Part shown: positions 1-8,326 of the stretch, piece by piece
How positions within the stretch are numbered: the stretch's first letter is position 1
How the letters are laid out: every line of letters starts with the position of its first letter
Assembly: GCA_938074205.1 (NCBI GenBank)
Contig: CALJES010000012.1
Span: 192,080-256,079, forward strand
DNA: 64,000 nt
Direction: 5' to 3'
From: an uncultured bacterium
GTDB taxonomy: Bacteria > Armatimonadota > UBA5829
Position numbers and translations under genes: made by a program
Notes under the pieces: generated by a model
The model's input: only the letters and a program-made list of their open reading frames with translations
Told to the model about the DNA's origin: nothing
Databases searched by the model: none

Positions 1-137
1 GCGTGAATCAACACGTAGTCACCAACCTTTGCGTTTGGGAGGAGGTCAAGCCGAGCTTTTCGCCGAATGCCGTCAACCTCTACTTCGGCATTAAGGCCGT
101 CTATTGTGATTATCCGCATCGGTACCGCCAAGCACAT
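1..137 (-). CDS. hypC: Hydrogenase assembly chaperone HypC/HybG, partial (C-terminus beyond the window edge)
   Basis: Reverse-complement of 1..137 translates from ATG(137..135) as MCLAVPMRIITIDG..AEVEVDGIRRKARLDLLPNAKVGDYVLIHA. The MC(L/I)(A/G)(V/I)P N-terminus is the HypC signature. It lies immediately downstream of hypF on the same strand. Confidence 0.7.
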   Translation of the reverse strand, partial: MCLAVPMRIITIDGLNAEVEVDGIRRKARLDLLPNAKVGDYVLIH

Positions 138-147
138 GTCTGACCAA

Positions 148-2448
148 CTAACCTTTTATTATATGTCTAGAGGCGGCTACAATAGCCTGCCCGAAAGAAA
201 TACAAGCGTCATTTGGAGGTAGGACCCTGTGCATCAGAACATCGAAGCCTGATGCGCGGAGTCGTTCAGAAAGTTTTATCGTTATAATCGCGTTCTGGAA
301 AACGCCTCCCGATAAGGCTATCGTCGAAATACGAGTTCTATTACGAATATCCTCGCACGCTCGGGCAAGCAAGTCAACCAACGAATTGTGAAACCTTGCA
401 GCGACAGTCTGCACAGAGGTGCCACTCAGAAACTCTTCAACTGCACATCTGAAAATTGGAGTGAAATCGAGATTAAGCAGGCCTTCTGCGTAGTACAGCC
501 TTCCTGCATACGATCCTCCTTCTGTTTCATCTACTGCAGCCTCGAGTTCAGCCGCCGGTTGACCTTCATAGGTTCGTTCTCGGCACACACCGAGCGCCGC
601 GGACACGGCATCAAATAGACGCCCCGCGCTGGAAGTCAGAGGCGAGTTGAGACCAGTTTCGAGCTGGCGTTTGATCACGCGAGTTTCTAATTCAGAAAAC
701 TTAATCCCCAACGAATTCGCGATGTCCCAACATTTATCCTGATAGGCGGATTGCAGGTATGCTAAGGCCATTCTGCAGGGATCTCGTATTGACGCTTCGC
801 CTCCGGGCATTCTAACAACAGCAAATCGCCCTACGCGCTCAAAATCTTTAAGATCTGCGAGCAGGAGCTCGCCTCCCCAAACGGTGCCCTCGGTCCCATA
901 TCCGGTACCGTCCAGCGCGATTCCTATGCATCTATCGGTACAGCCGTTTTCGGCTAGGCATGCTGCAACATGCGCGTGGTGATGCTGGACACCAACCCTT
1001 GTATCAACCTGCATTGCCTTCGCATATTGGCTGCTCATGTACGCAGGATGCAGATCGTGGGCAACGATTGCCGGTCGTCTTCCAAACAGCGCCAGAAAGT
1101 GGTCCACGGCATACTTGAAATAGTCGAGTGTTTCGGCGGTATCAAGATCCCCTATGTGCTGGCTAACTACAGCCTGCTGCTCCCACGCTAAACAGAAAGT
1201 GTTCTTTTGCTCGGCGCCAACTGCTAAAATCTCTGGAGACTCGAACGGCAGCTGTATAGCCTCAGGAACGTAGCCTCGGGCACGCCGAATTAGGACGGGT
1301 TCCTCAGAATAGTCCGCGCGCACGACTGAATCGTCGCAGGGTATGTGAATATCTCGATCATGCATAAGGAATGCATCCGCGAGCCCTGCAAGTTTCTCCC
1401 TTGCGAGTGAATTAGTAAAAACAAGTGGTTCCTCGCTAAGATTGCCGCTCGTCATAACAAGGGCAGCGGGTGAGTACTCCAGCAGCAAAACGTGAAGGGG
1501 AGTGTAGGGTAGCATCACGCCTAGATTCTTGTTCGAGGGTGCTACTTGCTCAGATATGCCAGGTGAGGGTTTCTTTCTTGCCAGTACAATCGGGCGCTGT
1601 CGCGACAGCAAAAGCTCACGTGCCTGCGGTGTTAATTCGCATATGCGCTCTGCTTCCTTAATATCCCTAACCATTATGGCGAACGGCTTTGCGCTTCGGC
1701 CCTTGCGAGATCGAAGCATCCGTACTACCCCGTCACTTCGCGCATCGCACGCGAGATGGAATCCACCAAGACCTTTTATTGCGACGATCCTGCCTTGAAA
1801 CAGCAGTTCTCCGGCTCTGCGCAGTGGCTCGCTTTCGACAATCTCGCCTTCGTTTTCCAGCCATACTCGCGGACCACATTGGGGACACGCTATGGGTTCG
1901 GCGTGGAAGCGCCTATCGTGGGAACTATGGTATTCGGCTGCGCAATCAGTGCACATCGCGAATGAAGCCATTGTGGTGTTGGCTCGGTCGTACGGAACGC
2001 GTCTCACGATAGTGTATCTTGGACCACAGTTCGTACAATTGGTGAAGGCGTAGTGGAACCTTCTGTTCTTTGGATCAGCGATCTCTTGCAAGCACTCTTC
2101 GCATACGGCTATATCGGCTGGTATTACGCATCGACCACCTTCTTCGGCGGTGCTTTCACGTATCTCAAAGTGTGAATAGCCTATTGGGTCGGCATCGAGA
2201 GAACTGACGGAGGTTATTTGAGCTAGCGGCGGAGCCTCGGAAAGGAGCGAGTCGACAAAAGTATCAACATACTCCGGCGAGCCTTCTATTTCTATTTCTA
2301 CGGTACCTGATGTGTTGCGTACCCACCCGCACAATCGATATCGGCTTGCCAACAACGCGACGAACGGTCGAAAGCCCACACCTTGGACAACACCCGACAC
2401 TCGAACAATCTTCCGAACCAAGCGCTCCTTTGGAACACGCACACTCAT
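148..2448 (-). CDS. hypF: [NiFe]-hydrogenase maturation carbamoyltransferase HypF
   Basis: 766 aa. N-terminal acylphosphatase-like domain (VQGVGFRPFV..GWVRNTSGTVEIEIEG). Two CxxC Zn-finger pairs (CEECLQE..CTNCGPRYTI; CTDCAAEY..CPQCGPR). YrdC-like and Kae1/HypF C-terminal domain (GGVFQN). Length and order are typical of HypF. Confidence 0.9.
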   Translation of the reverse strand: MSVRVPKERLVRKIVRVSGVVQGVGFRPFVALLASRYRLCGWVRNTSGTVEIEIEGSPEYVDTFVDSLLSEAPPLAQITSVSSLDADPIGYSHFEIRESTAEEGGRCVIPADIAVCEECLQEIADPKNRRFHYAFTNCTNCGPRYTIVRRVPYDRANTTMASFAMCTDCAAEYHSSHDRRFHAEPIACPQCGPRVWLENEGEIVESEPLRRAGELLFQGRIVAIKGLGGFHLACDARSDGVVRMLRSRKGRSAKPFAIMVRDIKEAERICELTPQARELLLSRQRPIVLARKKPSPGISEQVAPSNKNLGVMLPYTPLHVLLLEYSPAALVMTSGNLSEEPLVFTNSLAREKLAGLADAFLMHDRDIHIPCDDSVVRADYSEEPVLIRRARGYVPEAIQLPFESPEILAVGAEQKNTFCLAWEQQAVVSQHIGDLDTAETLDYFKYAVDHFLALFGRRPAIVAHDLHPAYMSSQYAKAMQVDTRVGVQHHHAHVAACLAENGCTDRCIGIALDGTGYGTEGTVWGGELLLADLKDFERVGRFAVVRMPGGEASIRDPCRMALAYLQSAYQDKCWDIANSLGIKFSELETRVIKRQLETGLNSPLTSSAGRLFDAVSAALGVCRERTYEGQPAAELEAAVDETEGGSYAGRLYYAEGLLNLDFTPIFRCAVEEFLSGTSVQTVAARFHNSLVDLLARACEDIRNRTRISTIALSGGVFQNAIITIKLSERLRASGFDVLMHRVLPPNDACISFGQAIVAASRHIIKG

Positions 2449-2667
2449 TATCCTTGGTTAGCCTTGTTAGCATTCATAATAAGTGATAAACCGTTGTTCA
2501 CCTATCTTGGAATAGACTTGCAAGTGGCATGTTTTGCAATAAGACTGGGAGAATAGTAACACTCATTAGGTAGCGTGCATCTCCAGACAAGAGTGTGCAT
2601 TAGGCAAGACATGAGACAAATGGTCAGATGCAGGCCGCAAGTGGGAGAATACTCACAAGAAAAGGCT

Positions 2668-2743
2668 TGGCTCCCCGGCGTGGACTCGAACCACGAACAT
2701 CCTGGTTAACAGCCAAGCGCTCTGCCAATTGAGCTACCGGGGA
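2668..2743 (-). tRNA. tRNA-Asn (anticodon GTT), CCA encoded
   Basis: Reverse complement folds as a cloverleaf: acceptor TCCCCGG/CCGGGGA, D-arm GCTC-AATTGGCA-GAGC, anticodon stem CTTGG/CCAGG with loop CTGTTAA, T-arm CGTGG-TTCGAGT-CCACG, discriminator G, then CCA. Confidence 0.85.
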
Positions 2744-2811
2744 GCGTTCTCACCGCTATAAATTATACCAACCTTGGCGTTAAAGTGTCAACACTTTCGG
2801 CCAGATCTGCT

Positions 2812-3258
2812 TTATGATACAGCTTCCGCTGATGAGTTAGACTCCTGAGTAGCTCGAATTGCCTCGTCAACGCTTGCGTAGGTTGCGAACACTTGGTTTA
2901 GGCGTGTTATTTTGAGTATGCGATCGATAGGACCGCTGACGTTTATCAGGTTTATACTACCGCCGTTGGGTTTTAGGCGTTTCATCACTGAAAGCAACGT
3001 GCCAAAACCGCTACTATCCATATAACGGACTCCGGACATGTCTATCAGCAAGTGCTTCTCGCCGGAGTCGACCATTTTGTTGACGGCTTCTTTAAACTGC
3101 GGCGCCGTGTAGACGTCTACTTCCCCTTTCACGTCCAGAACCTGCCTGCCGTCTACATTCCTCAATTGTGTTTCGAGACGTATGGTTTCCAACTTGCCGC
3201 CTCCGTCCCCAACGGACATTTCTCCAGCCGTTATATCCGCGCGACTCCTGTTTGCCAA
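2812..3258 (-). CDS. STAS-domain anti-sigma-factor antagonist (SpoIIAA-like); N-terminus probably shorter than the ORF
   Basis: YTAPQFKEAV..LLIDMSGVRYMDSSGFGTLLSV..INLINVSGPIDRILKITRLNQVF is a typical SpoIIAA/STAS fold with the phosphorylatable Ser motif DSSG. Last gene of the lar-containing minus-strand operon (24-nt gap to the upstream gene). Confidence 0.7.
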   Translation of the reverse strand: MANRSRADITAGEMSVGDGGGKLETIRLETQLRNVDGRQVLDVKGEVDVYTAPQFKEAVNKMVDSGEKHLLIDMSGVRYMDSSGFGTLLSVMKRLKPNGGSINLINVSGPIDRILKITRLNQVFATYASVDEAIRATQESNSSAEAVS

Positions 3259-3282
3259 GTATACCCAGATTGGAATCCATTG

Positions 3283-3981
3283 TCAACCGCTCGCCGCGCG
3301 CAAAGCATGTGACACGACCAAAGCGTCAAATGTTAACGCAGCAGCCCAGTGAAGTATGAAACATGGCACAAACGACTTCGCTCGCAGTGCAATCCAGCCC
3401 AGAATTACACCTGCTCCGAATGAACCGACAAATTCCGGGACGGGCTTGCCAAGGTGCAATAGGCTGAATGCCGCCGCCTGGATCACTATCGCCCACCACC
3501 CTATCGCTCTGGATAACCCAAGCAGCAGATATCCGCGAAAAAAGAACTCCCAACAAAACAAATACATACCGTAGCTTAATTCCGCAAACGCCATCAGCCA
3601 GGGAGCACTTACCCAAGGGTTTGTCTTGGGGTATGAAGCGAACACTTTGCCAAACTCCGGTTGGAATCGTCTAAATATTGGGTAGTAATCTTGAAAAACC
3701 TCCCACCTGCTAGCTGGGACCATAAGCGTTGCTAAACCGGCAAGCAGCAGCACTAGTACCAGCCAAAGCCGTCTGAACCCGCCGAGTGCCAAACCGAAGT
3801 GGGCAGGTTCTTCACGGAAAATAAAGAGGATAGAAAGGATCGGAACCCAAAACAAACCCATAAGGTTCCCTACTATATACTGGTTATACGACACGGCCGA
3901 GCGGTTGAAACTATACAACCAGGTAACTACCCCCGAACCGACTATAGCTACGACGATAGCCACAAACCTGTTCCTACTCAA
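3283..3981 (-). CDS. CPBP-family (CAAX/Abi) intramembrane glutamic endopeptidase
   Basis: Polytopic membrane protein carrying the motif trio WEFFFRG (EExxxR), SLLHLGK (FxxxH) and HWAAAL (HxxxN/D-like). Its start overlaps the upstream amidohydrolase stop by 8 nt. Confidence 0.65.
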   Translation of the reverse strand: MSRNRFVAIVVAIVGSGVVTWLYSFNRSAVSYNQYIVGNLMGLFWVPILSILFIFREEPAHFGLALGGFRRLWLVLVLLLAGLATLMVPASRWEVFQDYYPIFRRFQPEFGKVFASYPKTNPWVSAPWLMAFAELSYGMYLFCWEFFFRGYLLLGLSRAIGWWAIVIQAAAFSLLHLGKPVPEFVGSFGAGVILGWIALRAKSFVPCFILHWAAALTFDALVVSHALRAASG

Positions 3982-5287
3982 CTTTCAGACACTCCTCTAA
4001 TTCCGCCAATATGTGCGCTCTGTCCAAGCTTTGCAGCTTGCCGCTCTTTACTACATCTTCGCCGTTCACCACCACAGTGTGAACTTTTCCGACGTTTCTG
4101 GATAGGATTGCCAGCCATATGTCTTCGGTCGGAAGCACGTCGCTCAAGTCGACAGTGACGAAGTCTGCGCTTTTCCCTGGTTCAAGCGTCCCGATTCGAC
4201 TGTCTAGACCCAGTGCTCGAGCCCCACCAATGGTTGCAAGCTCAATAACATCTTTTGCGGACACCACAGCCGCATCCTGAGCACGTGCCCTCTGCATAGC
4301 TAGTGCACTCCGCATTTCCTCAAAAAAGTCAAATCGCAAACACGTTCCGGCACTGTCGGTACCTAAACCAACCACTGCGCCCGACCAGACAAGCTCAGCC
4401 ATGGGGGAGATGCCACAGCCAAGAAATGCGTTTGATTTCGGGCAGTGTGCAACTCCGACTCCTGAACGCGCAACCAACTCGATCTCCGATGCGGTCAGAG
4501 CCACACAGTGCGCCACACAAACTCCCTTCCTCAAGAGACCCACATCGTGGAGATACTCCGCAGGCTTCATACCAGTGGTCATCGGTTCATACCCCATACG
4601 CCGCCGCAGATCGGCAATCGGACCTGTTCCATTAAGCAAATAGTCTATTTCTGCAGTAGTTTCCGCAAGATGGATAGCGATAGGTACTCCCTTTCCACAA
4701 GCCTCAGCGCAGAGCTCCAAGATTTCTCGGTTGGAGGTATAAACCGAGTGGGGAGATAAGCCGACAGTTGCGAGCCGTGGATACTTATTTCGGAGCTCTT
4801 GTGCAGCAGAAAGCTTCTCATCGAAAACACGGGCGTAATCGGCTCTAGCGCTTTGGCCGAACAGTTCCAAGTAAACAATCCCCTTCAGCCCGATTAACTG
4901 CAGCGCCTCGGCGGACAAACCCGTAAACGAGGAGTCTGCGACGCACGTCACGCCTGACAACGCGAGCTCGGCTGCACCAAGAAGCGCAGACAGACGGACG
5001 ATTTCCATATGGGGCTTTCGGGTCCAGTTGAAAGCGGCCGACTCAATCCACTCCCATAGATTCTTGCCATCCAACGAGTTGCGAGTGAATGTGTAGTCTA
5101 AGTGACAATGTGTATTTACGAACCCAGGCAGCAGTGCGCACTTACCAAAGTCGGTCACCGGTTCTTCTGGTAAAGAAGCGCTCAGACCATTTCCGACTTG
5201 TAGTATTCGGCCGCTACGCACAAGCACCTCACCGTTCGAGATGACTCGACCGTCCATAGGGATTACATATGCAGCTCGGTAGATCAT
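3974..5287 (-). CDS. Metal-dependent amidohydrolase of the MtaD/SAH-deaminase/chlorohydrolase family
   Basis: 437 aa. N-terminal beta-sandwich (YVIPMDGRVISNGEVLV), metal-binding FVNTHCHLDYT, and later HCV..HCPKSN and GTDS motifs of the amidohydrolase superfamily. ATGA overlap with the larC stop. Confidence 0.75.
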   Translation of the reverse strand: MIYRAAYVIPMDGRVISNGEVLVRSGRILQVGNGLSASLPEEPVTDFGKCALLPGFVNTHCHLDYTFTRNSLDGKNLWEWIESAAFNWTRKPHMEIVRLSALLGAAELALSGVTCVADSSFTGLSAEALQLIGLKGIVYLELFGQSARADYARVFDEKLSAAQELRNKYPRLATVGLSPHSVYTSNREILELCAEACGKGVPIAIHLAETTAEIDYLLNGTGPIADLRRRMGYEPMTTGMKPAEYLHDVGLLRKGVCVAHCVALTASEIELVARSGVGVAHCPKSNAFLGCGISPMAELVWSGAVVGLGTDSAGTCLRFDFFEEMRSALAMQRARAQDAAVVSAKDVIELATIGGARALGLDSRIGTLEPGKSADFVTVDLSDVLPTEDIWLAILSRNVGKVHTVVVNGEDVVKSGKLQSLDRAHILAELEECLKVE

Positions 5288-6573
5288 CGGTCACAAACAG
5301 GGGGTAACGGCGGCTGAGAAGCATAGAAAGCCGCAATCGCCGCATTTTGAACCATCTTTAGGGGGACGTCGTGGCGAGTAGCCGCGGATCTACAGTCGTC
5401 GTATTCAGGTTGAGCATTGACTATCCGCCCTGCCTTTCGGGCTACCTTCATCTTGACCGGACCAAAAGGTGTGTCTACCGTCAGTAGTTCGCGCGCGAGG
5501 CAGAAGCGCTTTCTGTAGTCGACGCGAATACCAATAGTCGAGGTTTCTTCAAACAATACATCACTAAGCCGATCCACCGACTCCGGAGAACATATCACCG
5601 ATACGAGCACTGCCGGTCGATTCTTTTTCATGTGGATGGGCACCAGATATACGTCCAGCGCGCCTTCAGCAAACAGCCTGTCCATTAGGAGCTCATATAC
5701 CTGCGGCGACATATCGTCGATGTTAGTCTCCAGGACTGCAACTGTCTCCAGTTCGCTGCTGTTTGGTTGTTCTTGTGCTCGGTGTCGGTACTCCGCATTG
5801 CAATCTGAACTCTCGCGGCCGACCTCGTCGCCAATAATGACGCGCAGGACGTTCGGAACATCGAGGTCCATCTTTCCAGCGCCCCAACCTACTGAGGTGA
5901 TCATCATCGCTGGCATAGGGCCAAACGATTTGGCAAGTACGGCAAGTATTGCAGCACCGGTGGGAGTAACTATTTCTCCCTCGATACCAAGCTCGCGCCA
6001 AGGCGCGTTTTTGAGCAGCTCAAGCGTAGCGGGAGCTGGTAGCGGGAGCTGGCCGTGACGGGTCTTTACAGAACCATGGAAAGTCGGGATAGCACTTGCG
6101 TATACATGCCGCACTTGGAGCAGATCCAGGCATATACATGTTCCCACGATGTCAATAATAGTGTCTATCGCGCCGAGTTCATGAAAATGGATTCTTTCGA
6201 CTGGCACAGAGTGTATCTTCGCTTCCACCTCCGCCAGTCGCGAAAAGACTGCCAACGAATTGGATTTTACCCCGTTCGGCAGGTCGCTGCTTTCAATTAT
6301 TTGCCTAATCTGATCGATACCGCGTTCAGTGTGCGTGTCGTTCGCAATAATGGATACAGATGTAGCACTTACTCCGCGTTTAACAACCTTCTCAGTCTCA
6401 AGCTTCCAACCTTGAAGTCTCAATTTGGCAAGCTGAGATTTCAGTGCTTCAACCTCGACTCCTGCGTCGATAAGCGCTCCAAGCGCCATATCACCGCTTA
6501 TACCGCAAAACAGATCAAAGTAAGCAACTTTCATCGCATATTCTCTCGCATTTGTATCCGGCTTGCCGGCCAC
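5284..6573 (-). CDS. larC: Nickel-pincer cofactor nickel insertase LarC (DUF111 family); likely true start at MKVAYFD
   Basis: MKVAYFDLFCGISGDMALGALIDAGV matches the LarC N-terminus; C-terminal CTP-binding half. Encoded between larB and the amidohydrolase. Confidence 0.8.
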   Translation of the reverse strand: MAGKPDTNAREYAMKVAYFDLFCGISGDMALGALIDAGVEVEALKSQLAKLRLQGWKLETEKVVKRGVSATSVSIIANDTHTERGIDQIRQIIESSDLPNGVKSNSLAVFSRLAEVEAKIHSVPVERIHFHELGAIDTIIDIVGTCICLDLLQVRHVYASAIPTFHGSVKTRHGQLPLPAPATLELLKNAPWRELGIEGEIVTPTGAAILAVLAKSFGPMPAMMITSVGWGAGKMDLDVPNVLRVIIGDEVGRESSDCNAEYRHRAQEQPNSSELETVAVLETNIDDMSPQVYELLMDRLFAEGALDVYLVPIHMKKNRPAVLVSVICSPESVDRLSDVLFEETSTIGIRVDYRKRFCLARELLTVDTPFGPVKMKVARKAGRIVNAQPEYDDCRSAATRHDVPLKMVQNAAIAAFYASQPPLPPVCDR

Positions 6574-6599
6574 TCAGCTCTAGAATTGAAATGCCGCGC

Positions 6600-7358
6600 T
6601 TAGGTGTTGATCATATGAGCAAGGTAGCCGGCGCCGAAACCGTTATCTATGTTGACGACTGCTACGCCGACTGCGCACGTGTTGAGCATCGCCAACAGCG
6701 CTGCAAGCCCGCCGAAATTAGCACCATAGCCGATGCTGGTCGGCACTGCTATCACCGGACGTCTCACCAAGCCGCCTACCACGCTGGCTAATGCCCCTTC
6801 CATGCCCGCTACGACTATAAGCACGTTTGCTTTGCAGATTCTGTCCCTTTGTCCAAGCAAACGGTGAAGTCCAGCAACGCCTACGTCGTAAGCACGCTCA
6901 ACCCGGCTTCCCAATACCGCAGCAGTCACCGCAGCCTCCTCTGCTACCGGAATGTCTGCTGTGCCGCCAGTGAGCACTAGAATATACTTCTGTTCGCGTG
7001 CTAGCTCTTCCTCAGAACGGGCCGGCTGTCCGACGATTATTATCCGCGCTTCTTCCTTATATTGAGCCTCAGGGATTCGAGAACGCACATATTCGAAGAT
7101 ATCACGCCCAGCCCGTGTGGCGAGAATACACCGACTTTGTGCCGAGAGGCGCTTAAGGATCTCGCCGACCTGTTCAGGTGTTTTGCCTTGACAAAAGACG
7201 ACTTCTGGAAAACCTTTTCTGATCTCGCGGTGGCTGTCTATTTTGGCGAAACCCAGGTCCTCATACGGGAGAATGCGCAGCTTGTCTAAGGCCTCCTCGA
7301 CTGAAAGTTTGCCGTCTTTTACGTCCTCAAGCAAAGTGCGTAACCTATCCAAATCCAC
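6600..7358 (-). CDS. larB: Pyridinium-3,5-biscarboxylic acid mononucleotide synthase LarB (PurE-like)
   Basis: MDLDRLRTLLEDVKDGKLSVEEALDKLRILPYEDLGFAKIDSHRE is the characteristic LarB N-terminal domain, followed by a PurE-like fold (ILVLTGGTADIPVAEEA..VVAGMEGAL). Confidence 0.8.
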   Translation of the reverse strand: MDLDRLRTLLEDVKDGKLSVEEALDKLRILPYEDLGFAKIDSHREIRKGFPEVVFCQGKTPEQVGEILKRLSAQSRCILATRAGRDIFEYVRSRIPEAQYKEEARIIIVGQPARSEEELAREQKYILVLTGGTADIPVAEEAAVTAAVLGSRVERAYDVGVAGLHRLLGQRDRICKANVLIVVAGMEGALASVVGGLVRRPVIAVPTSIGYGANFGGLAALLAMLNTCAVGVAVVNIDNGFGAGYLAHMINT

Positions 7359-7385
7359 CCAGATCCTCCCAGCAACTCACAAGTG

Positions 7386-8282
7386 CTATCGATCAGCATC
7401 GGCTGATCGTTCAATGCACTGGTTCAGGCTTCCACTGCGATAGCTCTCGAGGTCCAGAGTGACAAACGCGTAACCCAGAGCTTTCAATTCGCTTGCAATT
7501 CGCTGTCTTACGTCCGAATTCAGAGCGTGCGTGAAATCGTCTTCTGCGACTTCAATCCGGGCCGTATTTCCATGGTGCCGTACTCTGAACTGCGAAAAAC
7601 CTAGCTTTGCGAGCACGTCTTCTGCGCGTTCTACTCGTCTAAGCAGTTCTTGGGTAAGGGTCGTGCCGTAAGGTATGCGGGAGGCCAAACACGCACGCGA
7701 GGGCTTGTTCCATGTCGGAAGACCAAGCTTCCGCGAAATGCTTCGGACACGGTCTTTGCCAATACCAAGCTCCTTTAACGGACTGCGAACACCAAGTTCA
7801 GATAGAGCTTGCAAGCCGGGGCGATAATCTCCGATGTCGTCCGCGTTGGTGCCGTCGATCACATAAGCGTATCCTTGGGTTATGGCGATATCGCGCAAAA
7901 GTGTGAATATCATCTTCTTGCAGTGATAGCAACGATCGACAGGATTGCTCTTTACGGCAGGATTCTCGAGCGGATTAGTCTGAACGCGTATTAGGCGCAT
8001 CTCGAATTCCTGCGCCTGCGAAACCGCTTCGTCTAGTTCTCGAGTTGACATTAGAGGTGAATCAACTAACACACAAACGGTTCTGTCTCCCAGCACTTCC
8101 GCAGCAGCCCTAGCAACGAGCGTGCTGTCTACTCCGCCGGAGTACGCAACGACTACACTCCTCAAACTTTCTATAAGCTGCTTTAACCGATTATAGTCAT
8201 TCATCGCTGCATCAACTATACCTGACGCGTTTAGAAGTGTCAAAGATGTCTTGAAGAAACAGACCAGGCTATGAAAACTCAA
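7386..8282 (-). CDS. larE: ATP-dependent sacrificial sulfur transferase LarE (PP-loop); ORF start is TTG, real start probably the internal MNDYNRL
   Basis: PP-loop VVVAYSGGVDSTLVA and catalytic-Cys region RCYHCK, with the overall LarE architecture. First gene of the larE-larB-larC operon. Confidence 0.8.
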   Translation of the reverse strand: MSFHSLVCFFKTSLTLLNASGIVDAAMNDYNRLKQLIESLRSVVVAYSGGVDSTLVARAAAEVLGDRTVCVLVDSPLMSTRELDEAVSQAQEFEMRLIRVQTNPLENPAVKSNPVDRCYHCKKMIFTLLRDIAITQGYAYVIDGTNADDIGDYRPGLQALSELGVRSPLKELGIGKDRVRSISRKLGLPTWNKPSRACLASRIPYGTTLTQELLRRVERAEDVLAKLGFSQFRVRHHGNTARIEVAEDDFTHALNSDVRQRIASELKALGYAFVTLDLESYRSGSLNQCIERSADADR

Positions 8283-8326
8283 AGGAGGATTTGAGGTATC
8301 AACATGCTAACCAGTAAAACGGCTTC

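Noticed and set aside
388-2473. Multiple 60-110-aa ORFs on the plus strand and one on the minus strand inside hypF
   Set aside because: They lie antisense or out-of-frame within a well-supported 766-aa HypF gene. They have no RBS, no recognisable motifs and the low-complexity Arg/Ser-rich composition typical of GC-rich antisense frames.
2668-2743. tRNA-Asn as an integration site for a genomic island
   Set aside because: No integrase, direct repeat of the tRNA 3' end or phage/plasmid genes are visible on either side within the window.
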